Of a stretch of 21,884 nt of DNA, positions 16,952 through 21,884 are shown one piece after another; within the stretch, counting starts at the first letter, position 1; each line of letters opens with the position of its first letter. The notes beneath the pieces were generated by a model, which saw only the letters and a program-made list of their open reading frames with translations, made no database searches and was not told the origin of the DNA. Both the position numbers and the translations under genes were made by a program. Origin of the DNA: Bacteroidales bacterium (GTDB lineage: Bacteria; Bacteroidota; Bacteroidia; Bacteroidales; UBA12077); the NCBI GenBank assembly GCA_028282585.1, contig JANQHR010000012.1, positions 1 through 21,884 on the forward strand, written 5' to 3'.

Positions 16952-17977
16952 ATGGGAAGTGTAAAAGATCTAAAAGTGATACAAGCACCTGAAAAAGATT
17001 CTTCAGGTGTTGGTGTTTTTAATTTTTCGGATCGGTATTCTGTTTTTGATTGGGGTGAAATGCCAGACACGATAGCACATAAAGGCGTTGCTACTGCTAT
17101 TTTAGGAGCCTTCTTCTTTGAAAAGCTCGAGAAACTTGGAATTGAAACCCATTATTTAGGACTTCTGGAAAACAATGTACCGAATAAGTTAAAAGACATA
17201 ACCACTCCCTCAAATCTCATGATGATTGATCTGGTTAACGTACATCAACCGGTAGTTAAAAATGATATTTACGATTATGATGTCTATAAACAGTTAACCG
17301 GTAATTTTCTTATTCCGTTGGAAATTATTTATCGTAATACTTTGCCTGCAGGAAGTAGTGTTTTTAAAAGGCTTGCTAAAGGGCAACTAAAATACTCTGA
17401 CTTAGGATTAAACTCAGAACCACAACCTGACACAAAGTTAGCAGTTCCATTTATTGATTTCTCTACAAAATTGGAAATAACCGATAGATATATATCCCAA
17501 GATGAAGCTCAGGAAATTTCAAACCTGGATAATTTTGAGATAGATTCTTTGGCGGACATAACCTTGAAAATCAATGAAATTATTTCTTCGGAATATTCAA
17601 AAATCAACGCTGTTAACCTTGACGGTAAAGTAGAAACAGCGTTCAATACAAAAAGAAAGGTTATGCTTGTAGATGTATTAGGTACCTTGGATGAATGCAG
17701 GTTTGAGTTAAACGGTTTACATCTCAGTAAAGAAGTTGCGCGCATCTATTACAGAAATTCTGATTGGTATCATGAAACAGAAAGAGCAAAAGAAAAAGAC
17801 AGGCAGAATTGGAAGCAAGAATGCAAACTGCAACCGGAACCTTTACCAGCAAGATTTAGAGATCTGCTTTCTTACATGTATTGTGGGGTTACCAACGAGA
17901 TTACTGAAAAGCAATGGTTTGATGTACCTATGACACTAAATGAAATTACAGAAGAAATAAAAACCTATATCAAATAA
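16952..17977 (+). CDS. purC: SAICAR synthetase, long archaeal-like subtype (341 aa)
   Basis: MGSVKD, FSDRYSVFDWGEMPD, IPLEIIYRN, FSTKLE, DGKVE, DVLGTLDECRF and SKE motifs; 3 nt after purE. Confidence 0.9.
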   Translation: MGSVKDLKVIQAPEKDSSGVGVFNFSDRYSVFDWGEMPDTIAHKGVATAILGAFFFEKLEKLGIETHYLGLLENNVPNKLKDITTPSNLMMIDLVNVHQPVVKNDIYDYDVYKQLTGNFLIPLEIIYRNTLPAGSSVFKRLAKGQLKYSDLGLNSEPQPDTKLAVPFIDFSTKLEITDRYISQDEAQEISNLDNFEIDSLADITLKINEIISSEYSKINAVNLDGKVETAFNTKRKVMLVDVLGTLDECRFELNGLHLSKEVARIYYRNSDWYHETERAKEKDRQNWKQECKLQPEPLPARFRDLLSYMYCGVTNEITEKQWFDVPMTLNEITEEIKTYIK

Positions 17978-18006
17978 AATAATTCAATATCATTAAGAAA
18001 AATAAA

Positions 18007-19572
18007 ATGTTAAACACAAATACTAGTAGCATTCAAACATCGGATTTAGAAAACATGATAGAACAGTATCAGTTTTCTGAAGAAACGGTGTCGATTCTTG
18101 AAAATGAAAATCTTATTCCCTCAAGGCTACTTAGCAGATTACACAATGTTTATCCACAACATTCTGGTATTCGAATATCAGGGGAATTTCTATTTAAAGG
18201 GAAAAATCATTATGCAGGTTTAAAGGGGTTTAGAGAAATAATAGAAATATTGCAAAAAAATGGAATAGAAATTGGACACATAGAAGCCCGTGAATTTTTT
18301 ATAAAAGTTTATCGCTTTTTAGCAACCAAACATGTTCTAAATGCCATTAACTGGAAAGATTTTAATAACGACTCAATTTTTCAATTAGTTTTCCCGCAGC
18401 CAGGAATGATAAAACCTGAGGTGATTAAAACCTATAGTGATGCAAAGGATGAAAATGAAAGACAAAAAGTTATTGATGATTATATAAAAAAAACGAATCC
18501 TCATGATGGTAAACAAAAATTAAATAGGCCATGCTTTGAAAATCAGGGAGGAATAGTTGAGGTAGTAGAAGGAGGACAACACAAATACCCTCAATGTCAT
18601 CTTATATTCGATAAAACTACTCAAAGTTGTTTTGCATTCTGTACATATTGTTTTAGGCATGCTCAAGTTCGTGGCGACGAAGATATGTTTTTACAAAAAG
18701 ATGCCAATCAGGTTCACGAATATTTAAAGCAACATAAGGAAGTTACAGATGTGCTTATTACAGGTGGCGACGCAGGTTTTATGCCATATGAACGACTTAA
18801 GCAATATGTTATACCTATTATTGAGGATCCTGAATTATCACATATAAAAACATTGCGACTTGGATCCCGTGCTTTGACTTTCCACCCTGAATTAATTCTA
18901 ACTTCTGATTATACTAAAATCCTGGACTTATTTACAAAAATGATTGATAATGGAATTCAGGTTGCATGGATGACACATTTTTCTACTCCACGAGAAGTGC
19001 TTAATATTAGCACAATAGCTGCTATTCGTCGTTTAAGAAAAAGAGGAGTGGTAGTAAAAAGCCAGAGCCCGGTTATGAACCATATTAGCATTTTTACAAA
19101 GCCTGATGGAACAATTGATGTTGACAAGTCTGCTCAAAACTGGATAGATCTGGGAAATATATTTGCCATGTTAACAATTGGGTTTCACTCAATGTATTGT
19201 GCCCGGCCAACAGGAGAACATCACTATTTCACAGTTCCGTTGGCTGATATGGACAAAGTATTTAGTAAAGTCTACAGGTCACTGCCATCAATCAGTCGAC
19301 CATCAAGATATATTACAATGACTTCTTCTGCAGGAAAAACTTCTTTGCTTGGTATTACAGAAGTTAATGGGAAAAAAGCGTTTGCTCTTAAATTCAATGA
19401 AAGTAGAAATATGGAATGGATGGATAAAGTTTATCTGGCTGTTTATGATGAGAAAGAAAATACCATAGAAAAACTTAAACCATTTGATAATGAAAAGTAT
19501 TTTTATGAAGATGAGTTAGAAAATCTTGAAAAAACATTGGAAGAAACACTGACAAGTCAACTACAAAAATAA
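18007..19572 (+). CDS. KamA-family radical SAM/PLP amino-acid 2,3-aminomutase-like protein, substrate uncertain
   Basis: QHKYP, CFAFCTYCFR (Cx3Cx2C, about 18628-18651), DVLITGGD, LRLGSR, MTHF..PRE, QSPV, putative PLP lysine in SSAGK. Confidence 0.85.
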   Translation: MLNTNTSSIQTSDLENMIEQYQFSEETVSILENENLIPSRLLSRLHNVYPQHSGIRISGEFLFKGKNHYAGLKGFREIIEILQKNGIEIGHIEAREFFIKVYRFLATKHVLNAINWKDFNNDSIFQLVFPQPGMIKPEVIKTYSDAKDENERQKVIDDYIKKTNPHDGKQKLNRPCFENQGGIVEVVEGGQHKYPQCHLIFDKTTQSCFAFCTYCFRHAQVRGDEDMFLQKDANQVHEYLKQHKEVTDVLITGGDAGFMPYERLKQYVIPIIEDPELSHIKTLRLGSRALTFHPELILTSDYTKILDLFTKMIDNGIQVAWMTHFSTPREVLNISTIAAIRRLRKRGVVVKSQSPVMNHISIFTKPDGTIDVDKSAQNWIDLGNIFAMLTIGFHSMYCARPTGEHHYFTVPLADMDKVFSKVYRSLPSISRPSRYITMTSSAGKTSLLGITEVNGKKAFALKFNESRNMEWMDKVYLAVYDEKENTIEKLKPFDNEKYFYEDELENLEKTLEETLTSQLQK

Positions 19573-19609
19573 AGTAGATTTGTCGATTCATATAATGTAA
19601 TATTTAATA

Positions 19610-20323
19610 ATGATTAATAAAATAGTAGAATCAACTTCTGAAGCTGTCAAAGATATTTTCGATGGTGCTGTTATTATGATTAGTGGATTTGGCGAAGCAG
19701 GTAGTCCAATCGAACTCATTCATGCACTCATCGATCAAGGAGCTAAAGATTTGACAGTAATAAGTAATAATACAGGAAGTGGACATGTTGGATTAGCTGC
19801 CCTTATAGAATGCAAAAAGGTTAGAAAAATGGTTTGTTCTTTTCCAAGGACAGCTAACTCCACTGTTTTTCCTGAACTATATTCAAAAGGAGAAATTGAA
19901 CTTGAACTAGTACCACAAGGAACTTTAGCTGAAAGAATAAGGTCCGGAGGTGCAGGGATTCCCGCTTTTTATACATCCACATCGGTAAATACTCCGTTGG
20001 CTGAAGGAAAAGAAATTCGTGTTTTCGACAACACTCAGTACGTAATGGAATATGGTATTAAGGCCGATTTTTCATTAATAAAATGTGAAGCAGCTGATCG
20101 CCATGGTAATCTAATATATAATAAAACGGCCAGAAATTTTGGTCCGATTATGTGTACTGCAGGCGAAAAAACAATTGTCCAGGCTAAGCGAATTGTTGAA
20201 TTAGGAGAAATTGATCCTGAATCTATTGTTACTCCGGGCATATTTGTAAATAGTGTAGTAGAAGTTAGTAATCCGGCCGATGAATCAAAACTTGTAAAAG
20301 AAAACAGGAGGTATCCATGGTAG
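19610..20323 (+). CDS. pcaI: 3-oxoacid CoA-transferase subunit A (3-oxoadipate CoA-transferase type)
   Basis: DGAVIMISGFG, LTVISNN, CSFPR, PQGTLAERIR, ARNFGPIM and TPGIFV. CSFPR is characteristic of recalled PcaI sequences. Confidence 0.85.
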   Translation: MINKIVESTSEAVKDIFDGAVIMISGFGEAGSPIELIHALIDQGAKDLTVISNNTGSGHVGLAALIECKKVRKMVCSFPRTANSTVFPELYSKGEIELELVPQGTLAERIRSGGAGIPAFYTSTSVNTPLAEGKEIRVFDNTQYVMEYGIKADFSLIKCEAADRHGNLIYNKTARNFGPIMCTAGEKTIVQAKRIVELGEIDPESIVTPGIFVNSVVEVSNPADESKLVKENRRYPW

Positions 20324-20973
20324 AAAAAGAAATAAAAAAAGGATGGAGCCGAAATGAGATGGCACAAAAAGTGGCTCTGGATATTCCTGATGGTGCTTAT
20401 GTAAATCTTGGAATAGGAATTCCCGAATTAGTTGCTGATTATGTTCCTGAAGGTCGTGAAGTAATATACCACACTGAAAATGGTTTACTTGGCATGGGAC
20501 CGGCGCCTGAAAAAGGACAGGAAGATCCCGAACTTATTAATGCAGGTAAGAAAAATATTACAACTATTAAAGGTGCCTGCTTTTTTCATCATGCCGATAG
20601 TTTTACAATGATAAGAGGAAAACATATAGATATCTGCGTTTTAGGAGCATTTGAAGTTTCCGAAAAAGGTGATCTGGCAAACTGGTCAACCGGGGAACCT
20701 GATGCGGTTCCTGCTGTAGGCGGAGCTATGGACCTGGTTGCCGGAGTAAAAAACATCCTGGTTATTACCCAACACACAACAAAAAGCGGCAAGCCCAAAA
20801 TTGTTGAAAATTGCACTTACCCTTTAACTGGTAAAGGAGTGGTTAACCGTATTTATACCGATCTTGCTATAATCGATATCACGGAAGAAGAGCTTGTTAT
20901 TAAAGAATTGGCCCCAGGTATTAGCTTTGATTATGTGCAGGAAAGAACAGGAGCAAAACTTAGAATGTCATAA
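20317..20973 (+). CDS. pcaJ: 3-oxoacid CoA-transferase subunit B (3-oxoadipate CoA-transferase type)
   Basis: YVNLGIGIP, HTENG (catalytic Glu), LINAGK, FFHHADSF, GDLANW, PAVGGAMDL and CTYPLTG; 7-nt overlap with subunit A. Confidence 0.85.
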   Translation: MVEKEIKKGWSRNEMAQKVALDIPDGAYVNLGIGIPELVADYVPEGREVIYHTENGLLGMGPAPEKGQEDPELINAGKKNITTIKGACFFHHADSFTMIRGKHIDICVLGAFEVSEKGDLANWSTGEPDAVPAVGGAMDLVAGVKNILVITQHTTKSGKPKIVENCTYPLTGKGVVNRIYTDLAIIDITEEELVIKELAPGISFDYVQERTGAKLRMS

Positions 20974-20996
20974 ACTTTTACAGAAACTACTTAAAT

Positions 20997-21884
20997 ATGG
21001 GGCATAGTATTAATACACAAATAAAAAAACACACCAACGAAGAAATATATCAAAAAGCGCGTAAGGTTATACCTGGTGGAGTAAGTCGAAATACGGTATT
21101 TCACGAGCCATACCCGCATTATGTTGCTCATGCAAATGGATGTTATGTTACTGATATTGATGGTGTCCAACGAATTGATTTTGCTAACAATATGGCGGCA
21201 TTAATTCATGGCCATGCTTTTCCTCCAATAGTAGAAGGTGTTATCGAACAAATTAAAAATGGTACAGCTTATACCATGGCAACAGAGGTAGAAGTGGATT
21301 TTGCGCAATTATTATGCGACAGAGTTCGTGGATTTGAAAAAATTAGGTTTGTAAACTCGGGTACTGAGGCTGTTATGGCTATGATAAAGGCTTCTCGAGC
21401 TTTTACAGGAAAATCTAAAATAGCAAAAGCCGAAGGTGCCTACCATGGAACTTATGACTTTGCCGAAGTAAGTCAATTTGCAGACCCAACAAATTGGGGT
21501 GATATTAACAAACCAAATAGTGTTCCGCTGGCATATGGCACGCCGCAAGGAGTTTTAGATGATGTAATAATTTTTCCGTACAATGATATCGAAAGAACAA
21601 TCGCTATTTTGGACCAACATGCAGATCAGATCGCTTGTGTACTTATAGATCCGATACCTCACAGGGTTGGATTACTAAAAGGAACAACAGAATTTGTTGA
21701 AGCATTATACAAATGGACGCGTGAAAACAAAGCTTTACTCGTATTCGATGAAGTAGTAACCTTTCGGACAAATTATAGTGGCGCACAGCAATATTATCCG
21801 GTAAAGCCAGACCTCACAGCTCTGGGTAAAATAATAGGAGGAGGATTTCCTGTTGGTGCATTTGCCGGACGTTCAGATATTATG
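20997..21884 (+). CDS. Class III PLP aminotransferase (HemL-like fold, probable beta-amino acid transaminase), 3'-truncated by the window
   Basis: Hand translation from ATG 20997, open for 296 codons to the window end: MGHSINTQ...IPGGVSRNTVFHEPYP...IHGHA...FVNSGTEA...EGAYHG...LVFDEVVTFR...PDLTALGKIIGGGFPVGAFAGR. Not in the supplied ORF track. Confidence 0.9.
   Translation, partial: MGHSINTQIKKHTNEEIYQKARKVIPGGVSRNTVFHEPYPHYVAHANGCYVTDIDGVQRIDFANNMAALIHGHAFPPIVEGVIEQIKNGTAYTMATEVEVDFAQLLCDRVRGFEKIRFVNSGTEAVMAMIKASRAFTGKSKIAKAEGAYHGTYDFAEVSQFADPTNWGDINKPNSVPLAYGTPQGVLDDVIIFPYNDIERTIAILDQHADQIACVLIDPIPHRVGLLKGTTEFVEALYKWTRENKALLVFDEVVTFRTNYSGAQQYYPVKPDLTALGKIIGGGFPVGAFAGRSDIM

Noticed and set aside
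18007-19572. Assignment as EF-P modification enzyme EpmB or lysine-fermentation kamA
   Set aside because: Much longer than EpmB, no efp/epmA or kamDE neighbours in the window, and the substrate-binding motifs differ.
19610-20973. Aromatic (protocatechuate/catechol) degradation cluster
   Set aside because: No pcaGH, pcaBCD or cat genes in the window; the neighbours are amino-acid enzymes.
17509-21548. ORFs 17509-17745, 17736-17933, 20035-20367, 20589-20816 and 21312-21548
   Set aside because: Shadows of purC, pcaIJ and the aminotransferase.
20997-21884. hemL gene symbol
   Set aside because: Lacks the GGVNSPVR signature and has no tetrapyrrole gene context.

Overview
Low-GC (roughly 30% by eye) chromosomal window with Bacteroidota hallmarks: TAnnTTTG promoter boxes, A-rich leaders without Shine-Dalgarno sites, signal peptides cleaved before Gln, and a DUF2490-type barrel. 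Left to right: (1) a terminator-bounded three-gene unit, lipoprotein / signal peptide + plant-type [2Fe-2S] ferredoxin + Gly linker + unknown Cys-containing domain / lipoprotein; (2) DUF2007-like, PepSY-like and DUF2490-like genes; (3) a tandem USP gene followed by a complete mrpABCDEFG Na+/H+ antiporter operon; (4) a PsiE-family gene, two paralogous USP-USP-TPR-like genes flanking a PHP/EndoQ-family nuclease, and a possible Mrp-subunit relic; (5) an XRE-cupin regulator with five palindromic operator-like sites, then class II purE, archaeal-type purC, a KamA-family radical SAM aminomutase, a pcaIJ-type CoA transferase and a class III aminotransferase that runs off the window and is missing from the ORF track. 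The best candidates for undescribed biology are the exported ferredoxin-fusion module and the purEC-linked aminomutase/CoA-transferase/transaminase operon. Family calls come from motif recognition and recalled sequences; no searches were run. No tRNA, rRNA, CRISPR array or transposase was seen.
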